Of a stretch of DNA of 64,000 nt, positions 38,245 to 50,035 are shown piece by piece. Source of the stretch: Massalongia carnosa (Eukaryota); assembly GCA_965645245.1 (NCBI GenBank), contig OZ287067.1:3534001-3598000 (forward strand). Direction: 5' to 3'. Both the position numbers and the translations under genes were made by a program. Under the pieces are notes generated by a model, which was not told the DNA's origin, made no database searches, and saw only the letters and a program-made list of their open reading frames with translations. Every line of letters begins with the position of its first letter. The stretch's first letter is position 1.

Positions 38245-38253
38245 GTTATATGT

Positions 38254-41200
38254 TGTCAGGACTCGGGTGTGGGAGCGCTAAATCCAACGGCTCTTTCCGA
38301 CCGAAGCTTCGGAGATAAGCTTCTAGAGCCGGATGGAAACTTCGAGAAGAAGGGCAAACGGGGCATATAGATTTCTCTTCTTCATGCTTAGTCTCTTAGG
38401 TAGCTGACTACTATTCGTCTTCCCTGGATAGTGGTTCTTACATTAGACTAAGCATCTTCTTTAACCCTTGCTATCCTGAACACGATATTAAACCGTTCAA
38501 CCAGGAAAATTAGAAGAAGAACCCGGAACTTAGACTAGAACCAGATCATAGGACCTTAGAAGCAAGGATTTCTAGGCCACCAGAATCACCAGAATCAAAA
38601 GAAGAACTCAGACCCAGAAGAACCAGAACCCAGGATCGTAGAAACCAGGATTTCTCGGCCATCGAATAGAAGATCACAAGATAAGAACACCCCCAAGAAA
38701 GAAAGAAGAAATGCCCCGAGTAATCAGCGAGCCTCGAAGGAGTAGGCTCACTATGGACGAACCCATGGAGGGCCGACGTGGGTCCATTGTCCCTAATATT
38801 ATTGATGATGACTCCCCATATAGCAGCGACTCCGTGGATAGACTGAATGAATTTGTCCGCCAGGACCCCCAGCGGGTGGTGGAAATGGTAACTGAGTTGA
38901 AGACGGAGTCCCGAACGAAGACCCACCTATTGAACAAGGTGGCCGAAAGATTCAATGAAACGTTGGAGATAGCCCGGACCCTTTGCGATGAGCGGGACTC
39001 GGCCCAAGAGGAATTGGATAAAGCTAAGGTGATAATCCAATTTCTTCAAAACACCAACATATCGTCCGCAAGCACCGCATCGGCCGAGAATGTGCATACA
39101 CACACGACCACTACCGCGTCAACACCTGCCCCCGAAGGAGTTGGCAAATCTTCCAAGCTTCCTGACCCACCCATCCTCGAAAATAATAAAGACGACAACT
39201 TCGAGGACTGGCTATCTAGCATGCGAAATAAGCTAGAAGGCAATGCGGATTGGTACCCTACCGAGGCCATGAAAAAGGCATACGTACGGACTCGGGTTAG
39301 TGGTGAGGCAGTCAAGCATATAGCCTCTAGATTTAGAAAGGAGTCTACCAAACCATTTACCACTGCTGAAGAGATTTTCGATGATTTAAACCGAGTATAT
39401 TGTGACCCTCACAAGGAACAAACAGCACTGCGAGAATTCCGCGACCTTAAACAAGTGGGTAAATATCGAGAATTTCATGCCTTCTGGTCAGAATTCCAAC
39501 GCTTAGCCGACGAACTTGAATATTCCGAAAAGACCCTACTGAATGAGCTCCGCAACAAGATGAACTTTGAGCTCCAGAAGATGCTAGCAGTCGAGGCCTA
39601 CAAGGCCGCCGATTTGTATGAATTCGCACGCCTATGCATGCATACTGATCAGACCATCCGCGAGGTTGAGACCAAGACGAAAGGCTATCGAAAGAACTTT
39701 GTTGGCCCCTCAGTACCTATCGCAAGCACGGCCGGTGGGACCACCTCCATCGTAAAGGCCTCCACCCCCGCATTCACCCGTACTCCCGCAACGCCTTCCG
39801 CCACCAGCACCCGATCTTCAACGCCCTTTATGGCCCGAGCCCCCCATCCCGATCCAATCATGGAGAAAAGAATGAAGGAAGGAAGATGTTTTAACTGCGA
39901 TCTGACCGGGCATATGGCTAAAGACTGCCCTCAGCCTAGAAAGGGACGGGTTAGCGAGATGAGCGCAGAAGCAGAAGATTCGGGAAAAGACGCACCTCCG
40001 TCATAGACGCGGCAGGGGTAGATGAGTTGGTTATCACATCTTTCTTTATGGAGGATGATTTATTCGATGACCATCCAGTAATGGAAGATTGTATCGTAGG
40101 AAATAAATTTAATACGAGAGCGATGATTGATACTGGATCTACTGGTTATTGTTTTGTTGATAGACTAACTGCGCAGGAAATATGTGAAAAGGCTAATATC
40201 TCACCGGTGACGTTAAATAGACGGAAAGAGATAAAGGCATATGATGGAAGAAAAGGCAAGCCTATTACCCAGGCCATTTATCCATCTCTGAAAATTGGAA
40301 ACCCTACCGAGAGCTCAACACCAATGTTGATCACCGAGCTGGGCCAACAAACGATTATTCTTGGCAAGCCTTGGATGCGAAAACATGCTGTTAGCTATCA
40401 TGGGCATACGAATTCGATTTCTTTTCGTCCCGATCATTGCAATCATCTAGGTGCCCCCGAAAGGCCTTTCCCATCGTCGCCAATCAGGAGAGAAGAACCG
40501 GGCTCAACAAAGGACACCACGCCTATATTCCAACCAATGAAGATATTGAAAAGAGACGAACCCGATGAAAAGAATAATAGCAACTCGAACCCGATTTCAG
40601 TTCGAAGAGCAAGAAAGGAAGATATCTTGAAGCAAAAGTCTTGGAGAAAAGACGCCGAGAGCGAAGAAGCCCTGGATATAGCGATGATAGGTGCAGACCC
40701 ATTTAATGTATTAACGAAACAAAAGGATGTCGAGATATTTGCAGTCTCGCTAAGAGATATTAACTTTGAACTAGCCAAGGGAGAAAAGCCAATCACCGAT
40801 CCTAAGACCATAGTCCCCCCCGAGTATCACGATTTTCTTGATGTTTTCTCTAAGGAAAAAGCTGATGAACTGCCCCTTCATAGAAAGCATGACCATACCA
40901 TCGAATTGCTAGAAGCTAAAGAAGGACCTGGCCATGCCCCGCTATATAATATGTCAGAGGGAGAACTCCTACTGGTCAAGAGATATTTGGAAGAAAATCT
41001 GAAGAAAGGATTTATTACAGCCAGCTCGGCCCCATTTGCCTCGCCGATACTATTCGCCAAGAAACCGAGTGGAGGACTTCGGTTCTGCGTCGATTATCGA
41101 AAGCTAAACGAAATCACCAAAAAACATCGATATCCCCTACCTCTGATATCTGAGATAATGTCTCGATTGGCCAGGGCTAGATTTTTGACAAGAATAGATA

Positions 41201-43620
41201 TTCGACATGCCTTTAACCGACTTAGGATGAAAACCGAAAAGGACGAAGATCTCACAACCTTCCGCACGCGATTTGGGTCATATAAATCTCTAGTATTACC
41301 CTTCGGACTGACCAACGGCCCTGCTACGTTTCAGAACTTCATCAACGATACCTTCTTAGAATATCTAGACGAATTCCTAATAGCCTATCTGGACGATCTC
41401 TTGGTTTATAGTGAAACCATGACTAACCACCGAAAACATGTTCGAAAAGTTCTACAAAAGCTTCGAGAAGCTGGTATTCAGGCTGATGTGGATAAATGCG
41501 AATTCCATGTGACCGAAACAAAGTTCCTAGGATTGGTAGTCGGGCGGAATGGGATCAAGATGGACCCTACCAAAATTGAGGCAGTCGTCGCATGGGCCAT
41601 CCCTAGGCATCTTAAACAGGTGCAGGCCTTTCTAGGATTTATCAACTTTTATAGACGTTTTATCAAAAGACTTCTCCAAAATAGCCAAACCCCTCGTACA
41701 TCTAACTCGAAAAGACGAACCATTCAATTGGACCCCAGCCTGCCAAGCAGCTTTTTCCGAATTGAAAAGACGGGTGACCGAGGCCCCGGTCCTCGCGCAT
41801 TTCAGCCCAAGCCGAGAAACGTTCGTGGAATCGGATTCATCTGATTATGTGTCAGCCGGAGTATTATCGCAAAGAGGTGAAGATGGACTTATCAGACCAG
41901 TAGCCTTCTTTTCAAAGAGCCTGTTGCCAGCCGAATGCAATTATGAAATATACGATAAAGAATTGCTTGCAATAATCAAATGTTTCGAGCAATGGAGGCC
42001 TGAACTGCAATCCACCGAGCTCCCAATCAAAGTGTTGACCGACCACAAAAGCTTGGAATATTTCATGACAACCAAAAAGCTAAATAGGCGACAGGCCAGA
42101 TGGGCTGAGTTTCTGGCCGATTTCAATTTTGTCATCACATACCAAGCTGGAAAATTCCATACAAAGGCAGATGCACTAACTAGAAGACCAGGAGACAGGC
42201 CCGAATCAGAGGAAGATGACAGGCAAAGACATCAACATCAGATAATCTTACCTCTCGAAAGCCTAGACCCTCAAATCCAAAAGGAAATGGGGTTTGAAAT
42301 GAACGAGATCAATGCAGAAAAGTCGAAAGATCCGCTCGAGAATAATGCCAAACTATTTGTCCCCGAAGAAAAGAGAATGAAGCTGATACAGGAAGTTCAC
42401 GATCAACCAGCCGTTGGCCATCCGGGAATAAAGCGGACCTACGAGATGATGAAGAAATTCTTTTTTTGGCCAAAGATGAAAGGAACCATAGAACAATACA
42501 TTCGAAATTGTCATACATGCAAAAGAGCAAAACCTCCAAGGGACGGTTATTCCGGACTATTAAATCCACTACCTATACCAGACCGGCCCTGGACAGATAT
42601 ATCAATGGATTTCGTAATTGGCCTACCTGAAAGCAAAGGTCATAATGCAATATTAATGGTAGTAGACCGATTTTCCAAGATGCATCATTACATTCCATGC
42701 ACCACGGACGAAGAAGGGACAACTGCCGAAGAGACGGCCCGAATGCTAACAAAACATGTATGGAAATTGCATGGCCTACCGACCACGATAATCTCAGATA
42801 GGGGATCTCAATTCGTATCGCTAGTATGGAAATCGCTATGCGTAATGCTGGGAATAAAAGCCAAGTTATCAACCGCATTCCATCCCGAGACCGACGGCCA
42901 AAGCGAAATATCCAATCAAGAAATGGAGCAATATCTGAGAACCTATGTCAATTATCAGCAAGATGACTGGACAGAGTGGCTATCGATGGCCGAGTTCGCA
43001 TCAAATGCCTGTATCTCAGCTTCAAGTGGATTATCTCCATTTCAGGTCAACTATGGGTATGAACCGAGGATGAGCTTCTATCCGATTGACGCATCTACTG
43101 GATCGGCCAGAGAAAGAATATTGAAAACTCGAGCAAAAAATATCGGCCAAACAATGGAGAAACTCTGGGAATTCGGAAAAGAAAACCTAGTACGAAGCCA
43201 AGAAAGTCAGAAGAGATTCGCGGACAATCATCGGGAGGAGGCACCAACCTATAAAGAAGGAGATGAAGTTTGGCTATCAACCAAAAATATCAAAACGGAA
43301 AGGCCTTCGAAAAAGCTAGATCATAAGATGATCGGACCGTACAAGATATTAAAAGCTTTGGGGAATAGCTATAAGTTAGATCTTCCAGCATCAATGAAAA
43401 TACACGATGTTTTCCATTCATCATTACTCCGACCAGCAAGTAAAGACCCATTGCCCGGACAAATACCCCCGCCTCCACCACCGGTAATAATTGACAACGA
43501 GGAAGAATTTGAAATTGATGCTATTTTGGATTCAAGAACTTTCAACAAGAAGCTACAATACAAGGTAAAATGGAGCAATTACCCACCGGATAACACATGG
43601 TATCCGGCCGAAGATTTAAT
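38254..43620 (+). mobile_element. 3'-truncated Ty3/Gypsy chromovirus
   Basis: 5' LTR 38254-38442 (TGTCA...TTACA). Gag 38711-40006 with CFNCDLTGHMAKDC. Pol with IDTGS protease, YLDD RT, RNase H and integrase, frameshift near 41670. Chromodomain is cut at ~43620 and there is no 3' LTR. Confidence 0.95.
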
Positions 43621-43683
43621 CAATTTCGACTATGATTTCACTCGCTATGGCGGGCTTTATTACTGTATGAAGACCAGCCGGTC

Positions 43684-43880
43684 ATGAATGACAACAGGCT
43701 TGCAGCGTTCAATGGACACGAAGTTATCCTGAGCATGATCATGGGTGCTATGGTAGAGCTGGAGGCACAATATCAGCACCGGCGGACAGCATTAATATGG
43801 GCAGCGGAACTAGACCACGAAAAGGTGGCAGTGATGTTGCTGGACAAGGGCGCGGAGACGAATGCTCAAGGGAGAAGGTT
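43684..43880 (+). pseudogene. Ankyrin-repeat gene fragment
   Basis: LAAFNGHE..., TALIWAAELDHEKVAVMLLDKGAETNAQG, with no complete gene around it. Confidence 0.65.
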
Positions 43881-44115
43881 TGACGACTTCCTGCTATTTG
43901 GAACAGTTCGAGCACACCGCTGGCCTCTCTGCTACCGCGGGCGAGTTCAAAACCTAGGAATAGTTAGCGAGCTCGATCGTTCTGTCACTCATGTTCTGAG
44001 CTTTCAGCTTTGGACAAAATAAGATGTAGTATTCTTACAATGCTTTGTTCACCAAATGCCCAAACAGTTAAGTTTTAAGAATAATAGGATTTAGTTCTGA
44101 TTTATATGAATCGCT

Positions 44116-47096
44116 TTAAGACTCCAATGATAAACTCTCCATCTGCCACTCATTGAGAGCCTCAAGCGAAGACTCTGTATCAGGATGTTGAGGACCCAAT
44201 TTGTGTCTTCGTAGTTGAAAACATTCATTTAGCAGTGAGAGAGCCTCATCATTGCGGCCTTGAGACTTCCACGTGAATGCAAGGTTGCTCATGCTATTCA
44301 GCGTGTCTGGATGCTCCGCCCCTAGCACCCTCTTTCTCGTCTCCATCACTTGCACCTCCAGCTCTTCGATTTGCATCCATCGTCCCTGATTCCAATACGT
44401 CGACGCAAGATTGTTCATGCTAGTCAGCGTGGAAGGATGCTCCGCCCCTAGCACCCTCTTTCTCGTCTCCATCACTTGCACCTGCAGCTCTTCGGCCTCC
44501 GTCCATCGTCCTTGATTCCAATACGTCAACGCAAGACTGGCCATGCTAGTCAGCGTGGAAGGATGCTCCGCCCCTAGCACCCTCTTTCTCGTCTTCATCA
44601 CTTGCACCTCCAGCTCTTCGGCCTCCGTCCATCGTCCTTGATTCGAATACGTCAACTAAAGATTGGCCATGCTAGTCAACGTGGAAGGATGCTCCGCCCC
44701 TAGCACCCTCTTTATCGTCTCCATCACTTGCACCTGCAGCTCTTCGGCCTCTGTCCATCGTCCTTGGTTCCAATACGTCGACGCAAGATTGGTCATGCTA
44801 GTCAGCGTGGAAGGATGCTCCGCCCCTAGCACCCTCTTTCTCGTCTCCATCACTTGCACCTCCAGCTCTTCGGCCTCCGTCCATCGTCCTTGATTCGAAT
44901 ACGTCAACTAAAGATTGGCCATGCTAGTCAACGTGGAAGGATGCTCCGCCCCTAGCACCCTCTTTATCGTCTCCATCACTTGCACCTGCAGCTCTTCGGC
45001 CTCCGTCCATCGTCCTTGGTTCCAATACGTCGACGCAAGATTGGCCATGCTAGCCTGCGTGTCTGGATGCTCCGCCCCTAGCACCCTCTTTCTCGTCTCC
45101 CTCACTTGCACCTGCAGCTCTTCGGCCTCCGTCCATCGTCCTTGATTCCAATACGTCGACGCAAGATTGGCCATGCTAGTCAGCGCGGAAGGATGCTCCG
45201 CCCCTACCACCCTCTTTCTCGTCGTCATCACTTGCACCTCCAGCTCTTCGGCCTTCGTCCATCGTCCTTGTTCATTGTATGCCAAGGCTAGCATAGTCAT
45301 ACTATTCAATGTCTCTTCATCCTCTGGACCAAGCACTTTTTGCCTGGTTCTTGTTGCTTTTAGGGCCATTGTCGCTGCTTCAGCGTAACTCCCTTTCGCC
45401 CACGCATACTATGCAGCGTGATATAGTATCAAGGCCCAATCTTGTAATGAGCTTTCGACAGCTGGCTCCTGCGCTTCTGCCGACTTTGCGTGAGGAAAAA
45501 GCGCTTGACAATTTGTCCATTTCTCGTAATTTCCCGTCGGAAATACTGTACTGAGATTCTTGATATACTGCTGCTTCCATCTTTCGAGCTGATTGGATGC
45601 TTCTAGCCACTTTCTGATCGCTAGCTGCACTAACCTGTGCATCTCAAAGGTGGTTTCATCCATGCTGATGGTGATGAACGAGAAGTTTCTCAAGACAAGT
45701 ATGTCGGCTTCAAACTCGTCGACGCTGGAATCGGATACGGTATCCTTATCGCTATCGTCTTCGTGGTCATCATCTTCGTCATTTCCAGCATTTTCTCCCG
45801 TATTTTCATTTCCTGCCTCGTTTTGTGTCTTGAGTAATGCCTCAGGAATTCCCTGTCGATCGAAAAAGCTCATAAGCGATAGCAGATTAGCTGCCGAAGG
45901 CTTGATCTGATGAATATGATCAAACGATATTTGCCAGGTTATAATGATTGAATTTTTAGCCTCCAGGTCCCTGCGAAGATGTCCCGCTTCGTGATTCAAC
46001 AGACTGGTCTTTCTTTTATCATTTTTATAGAACTCTTTTATGTACTGTCGAACAGAATATCTTGGTACTCTTTGTCGAATGTATGCGGCCGCTTGAACGA
46101 TGGCAAGCGGCATGAATTCGAGTGCTGCTGCTAGCTCAGCAGTGTCATCTCTGTCCATCTGTTCTCCCAGCTTCTTTTCAAGGAGCGTTAGCGCATGTGT
46201 ATCGTCCATCGGCTCAACCGCTATTATGTCGCTTTCTTCTGCTAGCCGCAATGCCACGCTTTTAGTCCGGGAGGTGATGAGAATCGAGCCGTTTCGACTC
46301 TGAGGTAGATATGCTAACAGTGATTGCGTGGGCCCGCCGCTAGACCCGCTGGCCTGCGCCTTCTGGCCCGTGACAAGAGTTTCGAAAAGCACAGTAGCTT
46401 CGTCGGCATTGTCGAGGACCAGAGCCCACTTTCCGTTCTTCTCGTCGCGTAACCACTTGTCAACTAGCCGGAATATGTCCGCCTTTGGGTCCTCCCTGCC
46501 ACGAATCTTGACTTGCTCTGCAACATCCCGATAACCTTGCTCGATACGGGCTGCATTACTAGCGTCTATCCAGAACACCCACGTCGTCGGCAACTGCTCT
46601 CTGATTCGATAGCAGTACTCGATGGCAAGCTGCGACTTTCTTTGCGAAAGTAAGCTATTAGAACTAGCCTGAGGCCCTTTGGCTTACCCAACGCCGCCTA
46701 GGCCGACAAGCGCTACCCTTGATGCTGGCGCCGAGCACTTTTCGTGGATCTGATCAAGTAGCGTTCCGCGATCGACGAAATCAGGGTCGCGGCGGAAAGG
46801 AACAGCAGATGATGGGCTTGGTGGGGTATCGGGTCTTTCTACCAACGCAGAATGCTATCAGCCTTGGCTCACAGGACGCTATATCATTGCGAATGGCGAC
46901 TTACCTGGATATTGAACAATATTGTTTGTCTGAGAGCCTAATCAGGATTTAGCATAAGATCGATATCGATGTGAACAGGACGCAAACCAATCACTTTCGC
47001 ATAGCCTGAGACGTCACCGATCACAACGCCTTGGTTGCCAGAAATCGTGCCAAAATCCTTCGTGCCTGTAGAGACTACTGGCATGTTACCGGCCAT
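44116..47096 (-). pseudogene. NLR (STAND): short N-terminal amyloid-like motif, NB-ARC, TPR repeats; 4 exons; three in-frame TAG stops
   Basis: Exons 47096-46988, 46937-46905, 46838-46688, 46639-44116 give ~938 codons. Walker A GLGGVGKS, Walker B LVLDNAD, ILITSR, PLAIVQAAAYI, MHRLV. TAG stops at 45409, 44908 and 44656. Confidence 0.92.
44250..45330 (-). repeat. 126-bp (42-aa) TPR tandem repeats with high internal identity, about 8 plus a terminal repeat
   Basis: Consensus STLTSMANLASTYWNQGRWTEAEELQVQVMETRKRVLGAEHP. Confidence 0.95.
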
Positions 47097-47304
47097 TGCT
47101 GCGTCGGAAGATTGTAGACATTAGAGCTCGGAGCTATATTGAATAAGACTTGAAAACCATTACCTTTACCGTGCTCAGGACCGCACCTAGGCTCGGCCGG
47201 AAACTCGACGCCCAAGACTTTCTAAAAGCACTGTTCATCTCTAAGTATAAATATAGGCACGGACTCGCCGATGGAGGGTCATACGGGATAGATGGCTGAT
47301 ATTA

Positions 47305-48608
47305 TGGTAGGTCGTTAGTGTCCGGATAGGCGAATTTAAACGAATTTCATAGCAGTATGAATTATCTATTGTTGCTGTTACAAAATCAACGTTTCAGTAA
47401 AATGATGCGATTATTTGTTTACATATAACTAATATTTAGTATAACCTCCATTCGCATTCAGGACTGCTTGCACTCGACGAGGCATTGACCGCATTAAACT
47501 TTCCAAAAACGCCTCCGTTATGTAGTCCCATGCCTCCAAGACAGCATCAACAATGGCCTCTTGAATTTTTGGGGCACTTGCTGACAGAATGCGTAATTCG
47601 GGGTGTCTTCTAAAGACTATGTTCTTCAATTTCTTCCATACCATCTCAATGGGGTTCAAATCGGGGGACTAGGCCGGCCAATCCATGACCGTGTACCCCT
47701 TTTCTTTGAACCAGTCCATTGTCTCTCGAATTTTGTGTGTTTTAGCTCCATCTTGCATGAAAACAATCCCCGAATCGTCATCGAGCATGGTAGGAAGATG
47801 TTCTTTATAAGCATCGAGTATAATCAACCCTGTGATACCTTTCTTTCCCGTACGATCTGGATCGGGCTCCAACGAGGTCAAACCACCCCGTCGATTGCCT
47901 GCAAAGCAGCCCTAGAACATCTTTGCGACTCTCGATCCATTGTTGACTGGTTCGAAGCATTCTTGATCCCATTTCTCATTTGTAAGTCGAAAAACCCACA
48001 CGTTCTCACTCTCATCCTGTTTGCAAACTGACATCTCATCAGACCAACACACTTGAGCCCACTCATCCTCCGAAACATCCTCATATTGACGTGCCCAGCC
48101 CAGCCGATCAGCATTATGAGCTTCCGTTAACATCGTACGATTAGCTGCGCGCCATTTGCGAACGTTTTGATCTCGAAGACGTCGTTTCATGGTGGTTCGA
48201 GAAACATCGGGCATAATGTTAGCTTGCAACTCCCCCAGAGGCTGTCGACGACCCTTTGACCCCGATTTAATCGCTGCTCGTATCAAATGACGATCCTCTC
48301 GTGCTGTGGTTATTTTGGGCCGACCAGATCGTACTTCCGATTTGTGGTCGTCGCGTGTTGTAGCCTTCTTCAAAGTGTCTCCTATGGTGGAACGACCCCA
48401 TTGCGGAAACTTTTCGTGTATAGTACTAACGGAGGCGCCGGCGAGGCCCATACCGTACGTTTCAGCTCTGATTATGACGGGCACTTCTTTGCACGTAGTT
48501 CTAGGCTATTTAGAGCTACGTGGTGGTGGCATGATGGATTGAAAGGTGGTTGTTTACTTTTCAAAACTAAAAAAATTCTCGCCTATCCGGACACTTCTGA
48601 ACCCCGCA
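47305..48608 (-). mobile_element. Tc1-like DDE transposon with nonsense mutations
   Basis: Transposase 48532-47429 (WSDE, MQDGA, SPDLNPIEMVW) with TAG stops. Inverted repeat core AGTGTCCGGATAGGCGA at 47317 and 48579-48595. TA flanks; exact ends approximate. Confidence 0.88.
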
Positions 48609-50035
48609 TAATAGAGCCAAGGCTATGCACGTGCTGAAGCGCCTGGTCTCTCCATGCAGGCGGTATCACAATTATCTCGCATAAGTTATACAGTCGAACC
48701 CCATAACGATGGTGGCGTTTTACCAAAATAATTTCGTTATAGCGGGTTTTTCATTATATCGGGGGAGATGGAGAAAATCATGGTAAATTTACTACTTTGC
48801 CCACCTATAAACTCCCAATTCCCCCCCTTGTCCCCAGCAACTACCCAAGTGCTTAAAGTAGATTGCTTTTGACTGTTTCGCCGTCTTTCAAACAGCCCCC
48901 GTTCATGCCTTCGTAATTGACGAAGCATGCCCATATCGCCCTTCAACTGCTGTTCTTCATGCAGTCTCAGGATGCTACAAGCCTCCTGTGCTTGACAGAC
49001 CGTTATAACATGTGTAACTTCCACCTCTTCATCCGTCTCAGCGAGCCTTTCCTGCTCCGCATATGGTGAAACGATAGCTTTCACAATATCTTCATTTGTG
49101 TCCCCTATAGCCTCCTCGGGCGGGTTTATAAATTGATGAATGTTCATCGCCTCTTCTATTCTACCCATGACCTGCATCTGACGTATGTCCTGTGTAATCT
49201 CTTGCAAAACAGTCAAGGACTCGACCCCTCTCGAGGTTCTTGGTTGATTGAAGGGTGCTGAACCCCAAGCAACGACTCCTGATCGCCCCCAGCAGTTCTG
49301 TATGGTGGAAGGTTTGACGTCGTTTTCCCATGCTGAAATCGTCGTCCATTTATATGACCATTTAACCAATGCAAATATTCTCTCATGATGATGTTGTTAT
49401 TCCAGGCCTTGGGAGTATACCTCCAAACAGCACCCACATTCTCCAGTCCATGAATTTTGGCATCCCGAAAACAATTTGGCCTTTTGGCCTTACCAATGAA
49501 CCAGATATTAGGTTTATCCGACCCATCAGCATTACATGTGAGACAAGCAGTGATTCTAGCCTGTTATAATTAGAACTCTGCCAAATTGAAGCAGCTTACT
49601 GTGAAAAACACACCTTATCCTGCTTCTGACCGGCGTGCCTCTCAGTACCAAGAGATCGATCGGGTGCCATTTTCCAAAAAAGCCCTGTTTCATCCATGTT
49701 ATAAACGTCTTTAACAGCATATTCAGATACTAATTTACGAAGATCAGTCATTATCTGCTGTACATTTTCGCTTTGATCAGCTGAACCAGCCTCGCCATGA
49801 TGAATGCGTTGTTTGAGTCCTCGTCGTCTTTTAAACCGATCCAGCCAGTCATTGCTCCATTTCGGAGTGGGAATACCTTCATACTGAGGCAGTTTGATCC
49901 ACAACTCGGTGGCCTTGGTCCGTAGCACGTCAGCATTAACAGTAAGATTGGCCTGTTCATATCGCTGCTCCCATTCGAACAAAGCATCTTCTAACACAGG
50001 CTATTTGGGAATAACCTCCCGTTTGATTGAACTAG

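Larger units (their letters stand above)
25057..38253 (+). mobile_element. Tc1-like element copy, split by a Gypsy element and a MITE
   Basis: 25057-25236 and 37288-38085 align to the reverse complement of 47429-48580, with many TGG>TAG and CAA>TAA changes. Confidence 0.88.

Noticed and set aside
44250..45330. Regular repeats as a CRISPR array or RiPP precursor
   Set aside because: They are in-frame 126-bp TPR coding units with no unique spacers. The plus-strand ORFs are antisense shadows.
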